A DNA stretch of 63,956 nt, the filler included, from Rhabdomonas costata (taxonomy: Eukaryota): NCBI GenBank assembly GCA_019059605.1. It is 58 parts of 58 records of this genome, joined end to end, with 100 filler letters (N's around TTAATTAATTAA, not from the genome) between each part and the next. Parts side by side here need not be neighbours in the genome. Positions count along the whole stretch, not along the records: positions 24,310 to 25,314 come from JAHMHO010034144.1; positions 25,415 to 26,419 come from JAHMHO010034145.1; positions 26,520 to 27,524 come from JAHMHO010034146.1; positions 27,625 to 28,628 come from JAHMHO010034147.1; positions 28,729 to 29,733 come from JAHMHO010034148.1; positions 29,834 to 30,837 come from JAHMHO010034149.1; positions 30,938 to 31,942 come from JAHMHO010034150.1; positions 32,043 to 33,046 come from JAHMHO010034151.1; 50 more parts are not named here. One strand, written 5' to 3'. The stretch's first letter is position 1. Each line of letters opens with the position of its first letter. Position numbers and translations under genes: made by a program. This document shows positions 24,310 through 36,545 of the stretch, piece by piece. The notes below the pieces were generated by a model. That model saw only the letters and a list, made by a program, of their open reading frames with translations. It ran no database searches and was not told the origin of the DNA.

Positions 24310-25131
24310 GGGTGGGGGGGTGCAGGACGTGTGGGCTGATGCTGAGGGTACCTGGGGGCATGTGCACCTACCACCCCTATCGCATGACCCTACCCCTCTG
24401 AGGCAGACCCTGATCTCGGCATAGCACCCCACCCCACTTCCGCCTGACCCCGGGTCTGCCCATTGGCATGCACCGCCGCTGGACCATCCGCATCCTCCCT
24501 GAAGTGGGTCTGCCCTTCCTCGACGTCTGGAAGGCCCACTTGGGCGACCTCGTTCGCCGCGAAAGCTCAGCTGTGGCCACAGGCCCCCGTCGCGTGGGCC
24601 CTCCCCCCCGCGCCAAGCGCGAAGTGAGTTCCCGGGCGCGCACCAACGCCCCTCCTCCACCCTACCACACCTTGGAGGAGCGTGTCAAGCGCCTTCGCCA
24701 TCGTCTCCACCGAGGTCCTTGTGGAGGGCTCCAGACACTCTTCCCTCCGCGTCCCGTCTCACTGCCTCCTCATCCACCAGCAGCTAGGCCTTCCGCGCCC
24801 TTCCCCGACTGCTCACGGTCGCCGCTTCCGCGTCTTCCGTGTCGTCATTGTTGGCACTAGGCGCAGAAGCGGGCGGAGCACTCCACTCCCGGTCCCATTC
24901 CACAAAGGCGGGAACGGCGGGCTCCCAGCACACCGCTGGGCCTGTCGACCGACCCCCCTCCTCATGTAAATCTCCCTAACCCCCTGCGAGATCTATTTAT
25001 TTCGTCCTCCGGGCAGGTGGATACACTGCTCCAGAAGTGCCTTATATTTATAAAATTTATTACTTATAAAAAATATATAGTTGGGAGCGTCGGTGGAGAT
25101 TAGATTAGATTAGATTAGCAAATTAGATTAG
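24310..25131 (+). mobile_element. Possible degenerate retroelement 3' end with a (TTAGA)n tail
   Basis: GC-rich, stop-interrupted coding-like sequence followed by an AT-rich stretch and TTAGA repeats at ~25097-25131. No diagnostic RT motif is visible. Confidence 0.25.
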
Positions 25132-26519
25132 TTCTTTCCAATCCTGATTGCCGCCGACCTCCGGATGGATCTGCTCAGCAGCGGTACGGGAAGGAGGAGG
25201 GGTACCCAGTGGGAAGTTGTAAATGCAAACGTAGCCAATTATTATTCAAATAGCTTTGTACGGACACATGAAATCAGGTTGCGCGTAGACGACGTGCATA
25301 ATACCCCCCCAACCNNNNNNNNNNNNNNNNNNNNNNNNNNNNNNNNNNNNNNNNNNNNTTAATTAATTAANNNNNNNNNNNNNNNNNNNNNNNNNNNNNN
25401 NNNNNNNNNNNNNNGTGGGTGGTGAGCAGGCGCCGTCAGACGGCCCACAAGAAACCTGCACCGAAGTCTCACGGCGCCTGCTCTCCACCTGCAACGAACA
25501 GACAGAAGACCATCGCGGATGCACAACATGAGAAATCCCTGTAACCTCAGGGAACGACGCATTGAAACGAGTCGGGCGAATAGGGTTGGTGACAAAAACC
25601 GTACTCCAGAGTTACATGAATTTTTAACTTTGTTCAATATTACTCTGATGCAGAGAGAAAGCTCGTTCATTCTCTCGGAAATCATTCTGCGAATCGCACC
25701 AAATCCTGAAGTCCATGCAGCAGGTGAGGACGCAGGTGCCAGGAAACGGCACTGGACGGAGGAGACACGAGAAATGGAGGAGCGATGAACCCATCCCCAC
25801 CCCAGCAACAAACTGCAGACGAACTTTTTCGGCGGTGCAGAAAAAAGCCTTCCCACTTGTCTCCTCGTCGGAAACCATCACGGGGTGGACACCTGGGTGC
25901 AATACTAGCGGCAAGATGGAGATGAGCAACCTTCTCCCATATACAACAAAATCCGAAATAGTTGCCAAAAACGCACCTGCGCAAGCGAGTGCGAAAAACA
26001 GTCAGTTAAGTGACCGTGAGCCCGACAGTACAAAAAATGGGGGCCTATATACCTTTTTAAAGAAGCAAATGCACACAACAACTAAGCAACTAAGCCGTAG
26101 AGCAAGAGTAGAGCAAAAGCGGAAACGCAGAGCAACACTTTCACCTACCTCCCAGACCCAAAACACCAACACTCATCAATATTAAACTCCGCAAAGCACC
26201 CACACACCTCTTCCGAAGGCCATCGATGGAAACCCTGGGCTCGAGGCTGGTGTGAAGTCGCTCTCTCCCGAAAAGCCCCTTCCAGCCACGGGATGGTCGT
26301 TTCCCTGAACTAATGGCACCGCAGCTGGAGCAGCAGCCCCAGTGCCAGTGTGCAGCCCCTTCTCCGACGCAGCCTGAGCGTTGTGCGCGAGCTGGATGAC
26401 AATGCCCTCCTTCATATTGNNNNNNNNNNNNNNNNNNNNNNNNNNNNNNNNNNNNNNNNNNNNTTAATTAATTAANNNNNNNNNNNNNNNNNNNNNNNNN
26501 NNNNNNNNNNNNNNNNNNN

Positions 26520-27524
26520 GGGTTTTTTGCAAGAATATTTGATAATTGGTCTTATGAAAATCGTTATATTGCTGGCGCTGATTTCACAGTAACAACTGAT
26601 TCAGCTTCTGGTTATCCTCTTATTACCTATCAAAAAGTTTTCGGTAATATATTATACAATCAATTGAATTTATTATTGTATGAAGCATATAGACGATTAT
26701 ATCCTGTTATTCGAGATCAAAATAATGTTATTATTACGGATGGAACAAATGCAATAACTTTAACAAGCACATCATGTGGTTACACAATTTCGCAATTACA
26801 AGATGTTGTAACTACTAATTTAACTACTGGTCATGTACTTGTGTACACATTAGGAAATGTCGAAACTGGTGGTTATAAATGGAGAAATAGAACATTATTG
26901 ACATCAGATATAACTAATTTAGTTAATTTAATTATAAATTTAGTTAATTTAATTAGTTAATTTAATCATAAATTCTAAACCTCAAGCAAACGGTCTAGCA
27001 TCGTTAGATTCGAACGGAAAATTAAACACTTCTCAAATCCCTAGTTTATCATTAACTAATGTAACATCTGTTAACACAATAGCACAACGAGACGCATTAA
27101 CAGCAGATGAAGGAGATGTTTGTATTGTGACAAATGATAGTACAAGTACAAATAATGGTTCCTATATCTATAATGGAACAGGCTGGTCAACACTTTCATT
27201 ATATGTAACTCCCATTCATTTATCGTCATTAACTGATGTTTCGCTAGGTACATTAGCAAATAATCAAGCTCTTGTGTACAATACAGCAAGTACAAAATGG
27301 GTTAATGTAACGTTAACAAGTTCATATTTATCGGATTTTAATATATCGAGCCCAGCTAATAATAATGTTCTTGTATATAATTCTGCGACTTCAAAATGGT
27401 TAAATTCAGCTGTTCCAGTCTATATTTCAACATTATTAGATTGTTCAATCAGCGGAGCATCTGACGGCCAATTATTAAAATACAGTTCTTCATTATCAAA
27501 ATGGGTTAATTATACACCACCAAC
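26520..27524 (+). CDS. Viral fibre/tail-fibre-like repeat protein (partial, frameshifted at ~26940)
   Basis: AT-rich and intronless. Four L..L.DV.....ngqvLvY.....KW.N repeats (ISQLQDVV..GHVLVY..KWRN; LSSLTDVS..NQALVY..KWVN; LSDFNI..NNVLVY..KWLN; ISTLLDCS..GQLLKY..KWVN), plus ANGLASLDSNGKL..SQIP and TIAQRDAL...GD motifs of phage/virus fibre proteins. Confidence 0.75.
26919..26973 (+). repeat. Imperfect triple tandem duplication (21+13+21 bp)
   Basis: TTAGTTAATTTAATTATAAAT / TTAGTTAATTTAA / TTAGTTAATTTAATCATAAAT. Removing 34 bp fuses the two ORFs (..SDITNLVNLIINSKPQANG..). Confidence 0.85.
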
Positions 27525-27624
27525 NNNNNNNNNNNNNNNNNNNNNNNNNNNNNNNNNNNNNNNNNNNNTTAATTAATTAANNNNNNNNNNNNNNNNNNNN
27601 NNNNNNNNNNNNNNNNNNNNNNNN

Positions 27625-28628
27625 GGTGGTGCCTGAAAGAAAATTCCTGTTGGATTTCTGCATCTGAAGCAGAAAGATCAAATGAATGGCAACCAATTAA
27701 ACACCCTTCAGTGGCTGCCCCAGTGAATCGCAACCAAAGCATCGTTCTGGCCTCCTGCAGGCAAATGGCAAGTCGATCCCGCTGCTCCTGAAGGGCAAGC
27801 ACACTCCATCGCTGACTCTGGAGTGCTATAGAGACCTTTTCGAGAGCCCTCTTCAACTCTGCCTCCTGGAAACATTTCGTGTCTAGAGTAACGTTGACGT
27901 CCCTCAGACACTGCTGTGTCTGCAGGAGCTCAGCCTCTTTTGCCTCAAGCTGCCGTTCCAGTTCGCGGCGGCAGCTCTCGACGCTCTGCATCCTAGAAAT
28001 CTCCTCCGCGGCTTGCTGCCTCAACTCGAGGAGCTCGCTGGCACACCCCTGAACATTTTGGGAAGAGCTGGCTTGAGGGTCAGCGATCTGCTCGGTGACC
28101 CGAGAGAAGGCCTGCAGGATCTCAAGCTCCGCGTTGCGGTACGAGAGCTGTTCCAGCTCGCGAGCTGTTTGGGCAGTGGCACTACGAAGCGTTTCCACCT
28201 CAGCGGACATCTTGGAAAGCTGCTCCTCCAGAAGAGCCTCCTGGTGACATTTCTGCTCGAGCAAGGCGGTGCAGCTTGACAGCTCCTCCTGAAGTTGGGC
28301 GACCTGGGCGCCCATTCCCTGCCCGTCGGTGAGGCCGGGCTCATCCTTTCTACAATTTCCACGCGTGCTGAGCTCGCGAGTGAAAGACGTCAACTTGGCC
28401 TCCACCTTTTCTAGGTACCCCTGAAAGGCTTGCTTCAAAGCCAACTCAGCAGGCTGGGTTCTAGCCGAGCCCTTCCAGCCTGGAGACCTTTCCTCAAGCA
28501 AACCCTCAAGTGCGTGGTATGCATCACTGAGTTGACCTAGTCTGGCCAGATAGTCCACATTTTTCAACCTGAGTTGTGCAGCTTCTTCCCGAGCTTCCTC
28601 GAGAGCCTTCGCAGCCCCCCAACCAACA
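27625..28628 (-). CDS. Long coiled-coil protein (partial)
   Basis: Uninterrupted ORF of over 300 codons rich in E/Q/L heptads, with a repeated 'KC(H/F)QEA.L' motif. Confidence 0.7.
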
Positions 28629-28743
28629 NNNNNNNNNNNNNNNNNNNNNNNNNNNNNNNNNNNNNNNNNNNNTTAATTAATTAANNNNNNNNNNNNNNNN
28701 NNNNNNNNNNNNNNNNNNNNNNNNNNNNGGTTTGGTTGTATAT

Positions 28744-29733
28744 TTACATCAACATCTTCAATGCCTCTTGAGCACTAATACGATTCATGTAATTTACAAC
28801 TAACATTTTTTCTAGTACTTCGATCATTTCTTCCGGTATGATTGGTTTGAGTTTGTCCCAAAATTCACATTCTAGATAAAAAATATTATCACTTGTACCA
28901 TTTTTAAAGTTTGTCATGATATTCTTCCAGTACAAACTCGTCTTTATCTCATGTGCTTCCGGTAGTCCTAATGTTCTCAAGATTGTATCCATCTTTTTAT
29001 AAGATGATACTGTAATATCATCCGTTTCTATTGTAAATACTGGTTTATGTGTAAATAATTCAATGATAATACAGCCCAAAGACCATATGTCACAAATTGC
29101 AGTTTTAATAATTCCCATTAGTTCCTCGGGCGATTGATAGATTGCAAATGTTTTTGTTTTATCTTCAAATTTATATATACACACATCTCTTTCAAAACTA
29201 GTACCAATATTGATTTTAATTTTATTATTTTCTACGACGAATGTTCTAGGTGTAATATTCCCGTGATATGTATTATTACTATGCATGAATGCAAGTGAAC
29301 TTAATATCTCCATTACATTTCGTTTTATTGTTTTATAATCCAATTCTACATGATGTTGTATCAATGGATAAACAGATGGTTTATCATATGTATCAATTAT
29401 ATTTGTACAAATCATTATCTTATTTTGATCACCATAATTAAATGTATGAATGTACTCATCACATTTATTTGTTAATTGTGTCAAACTAATTGCATTCTTT
29501 GTATCTATATTTTTTTCAATATCTTGAATATAGATTGTCTTATAATGATAATATCCATTGTATGTATATGGTACATCTAATCTAGAATTTTCTTCATTCA
29601 ATGGTGTCGTTGGTTCATCCATTTCTTGTTCTTGATTTTCTTCAGGTGTATCTTGACTCTTTTCATTATGTGATTCATCTTCAACATAAGATAAATTTTC
29701 ACCTTCAGCTTCTGCTAATGATGAAATTTCATC
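28744..29733 (-). CDS. AT-rich, intronless CMGC-like pseudokinase with an acidic N-terminal region (5' truncated)
   Basis: Frame is open from the contig end (DEISSLAEAEGEN..) to TAA. C-lobe motifs YQSPEE, DIWSLGCII.EL, LGLP and LEKML....NRISAQEAL are present. HRD is replaced by HGN, and no DFG or VAIK is visible. Confidence 0.8.
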   Translation of the reverse strand, partial: DEISSLAEAEGENLSYVEDESHNEKSQDTPEENQEQEMDEPTTPLNEENSRLDVPYTYNGYYHYKTIYIQDIEKNIDTKNAISLTQLTNKCDEYIHTFNYGDQNKIMICTNIIDTYDKPSVYPLIQHHVELDYKTIKRNVMEILSSLAFMHSNNTYHGNITPRTFVVENNKIKINIGTSFERDVCIYKFEDKTKTFAIYQSPEELMGIIKTAICDIWSLGCIIIELFTHKPVFTIETDDITVSSYKKMDTILRTLGLPEAHEIKTSLYWKNIMTNFKNGTSDNIFYLECEFWDKLKPIIPEEMIEVLEKMLVVNYMNRISAQEALKMLM

Positions 29734-29861
29734 NNNNNNNNNNNNNNNNNNNNNNNNNNNNNNNNNNNNNNNNNNNNTTAATTAATTAANNNNNNNNNNN
29801 NNNNNNNNNNNNNNNNNNNNNNNNNNNNNNNNNAGATCATGGTGGGTGGGGTTGTGCGCAG

Positions 29862-30547
29862 GGTGGGTGGTGGGGCACTCGTACATCATCTACGGGCCCC
29901 TTCTGTTGGGGATTCCCACGGTGGTCTTCGAGGGCACCCCGGACTCCCCCACCCCTGCGGTGTGGTGGGAAACCGTGCAGAAGCACCGTGTCACCGTGCT
30001 GTTCTCCGCCCCCACGGCATTCCGGGTGCTGCGGAAGGTAAAGTCATCCCCCCCCAAAAAAAACACTTCACTTCTAAAATCTTCTAAAATCGACGATGCG
30101 ACCAGGAACCTAACCCCGGCACTTGATTGATATTAATTGCTCTGAAAACTCTGACGTCTGGTTCCTGGGGAAGCCTCGCCCCCCTCCCTCCCTCAACAGA
30201 CACAGTATAGACGCCCGCCCGCTCCTGCGTACAGCAACTAATAAAAAGACTCCTGCGGGCTGCCTTTTGTTGAAGACCTTGAGTTTCCGGTCATCTGTTG
30301 TTCGGTTTTATGATCCTTTTTCTGTTTTTCTGGGACTAAAACACCAACCGGGTTTTGTGAAGTTATTGAAAAGAAAAAATCTTTTTTTTTCGTAAATGGG
30401 TGCTTTGCTTGTTTTGTTGAAAAGAAAAAAGGAGGCGACGTGTTTGTATGTGTGTGTATCACTGTGCAGTTTCCGGAGCGGTGGCTGCGGCGGGCCGACC
30501 TTAGCTCGCTAAGGCATATCTTCCTCGCGGGGGAACCCTTGGACGAG
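29862..30547 (+). CDS. prpE: Propionyl-CoA synthetase (PrpE-type acyl-CoA synthetase), two exons
   Basis: Exon 29862-30037 reads GWVVGHSYIIYGPLL..FEG.P..WWETVQKHRVTVLFSAPTAFRVLRK. Exon 30470-30547 reads FPERWLRRADLSSLRHIFLAGEPLDE. GT-AG borders join in frame. Confidence 0.85.
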
Positions 30548-31699
30548 GTTGCCCAACCCCTCCAGGAGTGACAACCGTGCGTGGTCTTTTTTTTCGTCAC
30601 AAGACACCACGGTTCAGCGAAAGGCCCACGTGCAAACAGCAAGCAGCAAACAACACGCACGGAACAAAAAAAAGAGAGTTGCGGAAGCGGGTACAGAGCT
30701 CAAACGGCGGGAAAGCACACTCCTGGAGGGTACCTCCGTCCCATGTCTCCCATCGGAAACGCGTTTTCTCGTCTCATAGACGTTGAATTCAAGTAAGAAT
30801 GTAAGTAAACCCCCCCACACCCAAACACACCTAACACNNNNNNNNNNNNNNNNNNNNNNNNNNNNNNNNNNNNNNNNNNNNTTAATTAATTAANNNNNNN
30901 NNNNNNNNNNNNNNNNNNNNNNNNNNNNNNNNNNNNNAATCGGTGATCGACGCAGTTCAGAACAGCGGTAAATGACTATCGTGGGTAAACTGTCCAGCGG
31001 TCAAACGGTGCAGTTTTTGCAGCGCGCGGGTTTCCTGAATCATTGAATAATGGATCAATTTGGACGCCGATCCACTGATCCATTATTTGTGCTGATCCAT
31101 CATTGATAGAGAGAAGCACAGAAGCACCAACAACAGGCTGGTAGAACAAGTCTACAGTTGGTAAACACAAGTAAGGGCGCTGCGCGCGGGCGCATTGTCC
31201 GAAAACACCACCAAACCCACGTGAGTGACGCAACAGTTGCTTGCAGGGAAAACCGATTCTTGTTTTTTTCCCATCCACGCTTATCTACAGCAGGCCGAAA
31301 CGCTGCGTGCGGTCCTTAGGGTCAGAGTTCGCTGAACTTTCACCGGTGGTGGTGAGCCGCCAAACCTTTCGTAACCCTTTTGCGCCGCTTCTTGCCCCAC
31401 ACAGCGGAGGGTCAAGCGACGGCTCCAAAAAGGTATGAACAATAAAACGCACACCCCTCCCATCACTTTCCTCACTCCCAACGGGGCCAGGCAATTGGCT
31501 CTTGGCCGCCTGTGTCCACAAAACTCACTGTGCTACTTCCACTTTGCAAGACAGCACAGAACCCCAGAACCTTCTTCATTCAACCCACCCAGCCCTACAC
31601 TTCGGCTATCCACTTCCGGAGCATGGTGGTTGAACTCACCCGCCACCTTCTGAAAAAGGAAAGCGATATTGTTTCATTTTCTCATTGTTTCTGTTGCAG

Positions 31700-31942
31700 A
31701 GCCGGAGACGTCGTCTCAGAACCCAGAGGAAACCTCCGTGCATGTCGAGGACCCCTTTCTGCCTGCTCGAGACCCTTTGGAGGCTGCACTTCACCACCGC
31801 AAGCTGGCCGCCCTGGTGGGCGGACTAGGCAGCCTCGCTCTTCTGGCTGTCACTCTTGCGCTGGTGGGAATGTACTTCTCGATTCCTGTTCCCACGACGT
31901 GGACCCCAACCAAGACCCCAACCCGCACGCCCTCCCGCACGC
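31700..31942 (+). CDS. Type II membrane protein exon with a TM helix followed by Thr/Pro repeats
   Basis: After TTGCAG: ..RKLAALVGGLGSLALLAVTLALVGMYF then PTTWTPTKTPTRTPSRT. Confidence 0.45.
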
Positions 31943-34900
31943 NNNNNNNNNNNNNNNNNNNNNNNNNNNNNNNNNNNNNNNNNNNNTTAATTAATTAANN
32001 NNNNNNNNNNNNNNNNNNNNNNNNNNNNNNNNNNNNNNNNNNGGTTTGGGTGGTGGCTGTGCGCAGCGCTGCTCGTTCGGCTGCCGCTGCTGTTGCTGCT
32101 GGTCGGCTTGGAGACTTGCAGGGTGTTCATGTCTTCCTCGCCAGTGCACCAGAAGAAGAGTGAGGAGAAGCAACAGCGAGGAGGAGCCAAAATGAAGAAG
32201 GAGTAGGAGATCCCAAAACCTATCCTGTGCTTTCTTTTTTGCTATAGGGAGGAGTCCAGGGGCCTGCCAAAGGTTCAGGAAAGTGGCCAAAGGGCGCCAA
32301 AAGAAAAGGGAAAGCAAACTAATATAAGACTGCCACGCGAGGAGCGAAGCAGCAGGGACGCGGCACAATCCCAACACGGGAGGCCTCCAGGAGACAGCTG
32401 ATTTACAAAAACGAGCACAAAACACTCGGAAACTCGAGAAAACGCGAACGCAGAAAACACACACTGCAAAGGGAAGGAGCAAAGAGAGAGCCGAACAAGC
32501 AATACTAGCAAGCAATATAACCCCAGAAGCAGGGCACGATATCACTAAAGTGAAAAGCTGTTTAACATTTAAGGGTACTACGAATTTAAAGCAAAGAAAT
32601 AACAAAACTAAACTCTTGTCAGGAATTCCTGCTGCAATCCCTATCTCCATCACAGACTTTGAGTGGTGATGGCAGCTTACCACCAGCAAGATTGAAATTT
32701 CTGAGCGGATATCAAAGCGGGAATAGTTCTTTCACAGAGAGAGAATCATCGTAACAACACGAACTCCGTGATCTGTCCGAGAACGAATTACCTGGTTGCC
32801 ACAAAAATGTAAACCCTCTGAATTCAGCTGTTAGATCCTGCTCTCCTATTTGAAAAATACTACCTGTATCACGCAATATAGCACCGTCAGCATTCACCAC
32901 GGAGGACCGAGCAGTATAAGGAAGGCAATCCCAACCAAACGTCGCATCAACCAAAACGTCATCGCTCCTTGAGTTCAGCTGTTGAGCCGCAACACTGTGC
33001 TGTACTGTGCCGCCTCAGCAGCTCGGCAAACTCACCCACACACCCCNNNNNNNNNNNNNNNNNNNNNNNNNNNNNNNNNNNNNNNNNNNNTTAATTAATT
33101 AANNNNNNNNNNNNNNNNNNNNNNNNNNNNNNNNNNNNNNNNNNNNGTGTTGGGTGTGGTTGGGGTGGGGTGGGAGAGGTTGATGGAGTCCAGCGCCTGA
33201 AAGGGAGAGAGAGAGACAAGAAGAAATGGGAGCTCGAAAGTACAGCGAGAAAAAGGTTCACGCCACTCGAAGCAAGCCGGGGCGGCAAGGGAAAGGGCAG
33301 AGCTCACCTGGCACCAAGCCTTGCCGTTCTTGATGCACAGCGCGAGCTTTTCACAGAAGCTCCATTTGTTGAGGCTGGGAGAGAGCTCGGCCAAGTCTAA
33401 GCCAAGAATGCCAAGAAGGGGGACGGGTTCGACAAAATCCATCCTGGCAACCACCCACCACTCACGTTTCTGGACGCCGAAATTATACTAATCATATTGC
33501 GCGCCTTTTTAGTCAAAATCCGGCCCAGATGGAGTTTTCGGATGAGGGTACTGATGAATTTCCTTTGCAAACCACATTTACGCCTTTCACGGGTTGAGGT
33601 CACTTGGAAGTCAGGCATGATATATTGTCCCCGCCATCTTAAACGTGAGAGTTTGAAATGGAATCTAAAGGAGGCGTTTTTACCTTACAAGCCATATTCA
33701 CTAAGAAAAAGTCTGCTGTGGAATTTCTGATTTCTGTTGAAATGTTGCATTTTGAACAGCTTGGTTGGTGGAAATAGGTATCTTCGCAAACGGCGGCGCA
33801 CTGAAAAGGCCACATAGTGACATGATTTTCTCTCATGGCACGTGACTTCATGCGGTGTTCAGGGAATTTTCATGCTTTTTTTTAAACATTAAAACGACCT
33901 TACGAGTTTCATCACATCTCGCCTTTGAAGTTCCGTGTTTTTGCCGAATTATCGTTTCTCCTGTAACTTTCACTTTTGACAATACACGCGTCAAACATTG
34001 CCCAAAGAGACAAGGCTGCCCTTTTCCTTATTTCCTCATCGTGCTGAGGACTGTTGAACGCTTCAACGTTTAATTTTCGGCATCCTCCGATTTCACGTTT
34101 CTTCAGAAGAATTTTTGATGCGCTCCTTTTTCAACAGCACCAACACCCCCNNNNNNNNNNNNNNNNNNNNNNNNNNNNNNNNNNNNNNNNNNNNTTAATT
34201 AATTAANNNNNNNNNNNNNNNNNNNNNNNNNNNNNNNNNNNNNNNNNNNNCCAAGCTGCCATTAAAAAAGAACTTCAGGCCCGCAGTGACGAGCGGGAGA
34301 GGTCCCACAACTGTTCACAACTGTCACGGGCAGAACAGAACAACACCGCTCCGCCTCAAAGTCAGCGAAGGAGAGAGCCCATCCCAAACTACCCACCTAG
34401 GCAAGGGTTCCCACCACGTCATCTTTTGGGAAACGCAAAGTAAGGCATGTGAGGAGCGCTGAACATCAGTTTCCATCGGAAAACGGGTGAAAGTGGGATG
34501 CACAAAAGTTCAGCCATCCCACCATGCCCTTTCCCCGTTCTAAAACACAGTCAACTCTCCTCTTTCCGCACACATGCCCTCTGAGCTTTCCAACGGAAAT
34601 GCGCAGCTTCAAGGGTGGTGGTGGTGGGGAATTTCAGAACAGGAAGAAAGCAGAGGGTGACCAACGAAGCAGGGGCTGGGGAATGCCACCTTCCGGTGAC
34701 GGTGTGGCATTACCTGTCAGACTCACGGCCATGCATGTGCGTGCAATTTTTGTGATTTTCTTGTGACTCTACATCATCCTTGCAACCCAAAATTTATGTA
34801 TGTCTTGTATGTCTGGGAACGTGAGCAGATGCACGGCGGGAAACTCCATCAGAGCCTCCCCGCTTCCTGCCAGCCTCACTCTTTCTCTTCTTTACAGCCC

Positions 34901-36545
34901 AAACGGCGAAAAAAGAACAGACTGGAGTTGAAGTGAGGTAGACACAAAAAGAAAGAGAGTGATTTCAAACAGGGCAAACCCACTCTCTAACTATCGCCCA
35001 CCGTCCAGTTGTGGGTGCAGGCAAGAGAGCTGGGTTCCTGGGAAGCATCTGTCCACTCTAATCCCCCCCCCCTCCTGCGAACGCCCTTTCAGTTTCTACC
35101 TCTCTCGCGGTTGCACCCACTCTCTTTCGCTGTCCCTTCTCGGCTGGATTGAGAATCCATACCTAACTCTATTGCCCCATCACTCTATTGTTCCCGCAGA
35201 AGGGGAGGGGTTTACACAGGAGGGGGGGGGGATTAGAGTGGACACAAACCCNNNNNNNNNNNNNNNNNNNNNNNNNNNNNNNNNNNNNNNNNNNNTTAAT
35301 TAATTAANNNNNNNNNNNNNNNNNNNNNNNNNNNNNNNNNNNNNNNNNNNNTTTGTGGGGGTCCTGTATCTGTTTTCGCCTTTGCCTGGAAGCGTTTTGG
35401 AAAGCGCTGCCATTCAGTCTTACTGGGCACGTCATGCAGAAGCTTCGGGAAAACGTTCTTTCAAGGGATCTAGAGTGGCGTCCCCTGATCTTCCGTCCGC
35501 GCCTCGGAATGGCTTCTGCAAATAATGCAATCCCAATTCCAATCGATCCCGATCGATGTCAAACCCTTTAAACACGCGAAGCGTCCCCCCCCCCCGAAAA
35601 AAGACAAATTGGGTTCAGCCCATTGAGAGGTAGACCGGACTACTTCAGTCTGTCCAAAAAAACCCTTTTTACGACTCACTTACAGCTTGCACTTGTTGCC
35701 TTTATGGCTTTGTGGTATCATGCAAAGTTGCGGCATGTCTCGTGTAGTGAGGGGGAGCGATTGAATTATGGCAACTGCAATGCTACAAGGAAACCGAGTG
35801 TGTAGTGGTGATTCGGAATGCGAGGGCGGTTCGGTGCACACTACCATCACTCAACAAGTGAATGACTGGTGGTCCATGATGCAGCCGGGGCTGTTCCTGG
35901 CCATTATCGCTGCATGTCATGCCTTGGGGTACCCGGTACCGGTACCTCAAGGTTGGCCCTGCCATAGAGTCAGAGGAAAAAATCAGGCGCTTCGCCTTGG
36001 CTTTCTTTTTGGCCTCCTTCTAGACCCCATGGATCAACACAACGCGGGGAGCTGGGAAGAGTTTATGGCAGTCCGATTTGGACGGTTTTGACGGTTTGAA
36101 CCAGCCAATGTTGGTAAGGTGTTCTGTAAGCTGTCGCGGTTTAAACGCTCAAGTCAAATGGTTCTATTTTAGATAAGTTTACTGCAACACTGGTCAGGAA
36201 AGGGGAACCGGTATCGAAGTGCTAATTGTAGACAAACATTTTGTCCTGAAGACCTGCAGAATTTCGAGATCGCCAGTGAAGACGACTGGAGCAAGCAAGC
36301 AAGCAAGCAAGCAAAGTAAAATAGAACCATTTGACTTGAGCGTTTAAACCACACANNNNNNNNNNNNNNNNNNNNNNNNNNNNNNNNNNNNNNNNNNNNT
36401 TAATTAATTAANNNNNNNNNNNNNNNNNNNNNNNNNNNNNNNNNNNNNNNNNNNNGTTTTTTCCCAGAGAAACCAGAAAATATACCCCTTTAGCGAGACA
36501 GATCGCATTTCCAGATGATGAGCATAAGGAAAAGTCGCGAGGTAC

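Noticed and set aside
25097-25131. TTAGA repeats as a possible telomere
   Set aside because: They are short, internal and interrupted, and are not TTAGGG. A microsatellite or retroelement tail fits better.
36138-36350. 34-bp terminal inverted repeats around ~145 bp (MITE-like)
   Set aside because: One arm terminates the contig, the same pattern as the other fold-back artefacts. It cannot be supported as a MITE without reads.
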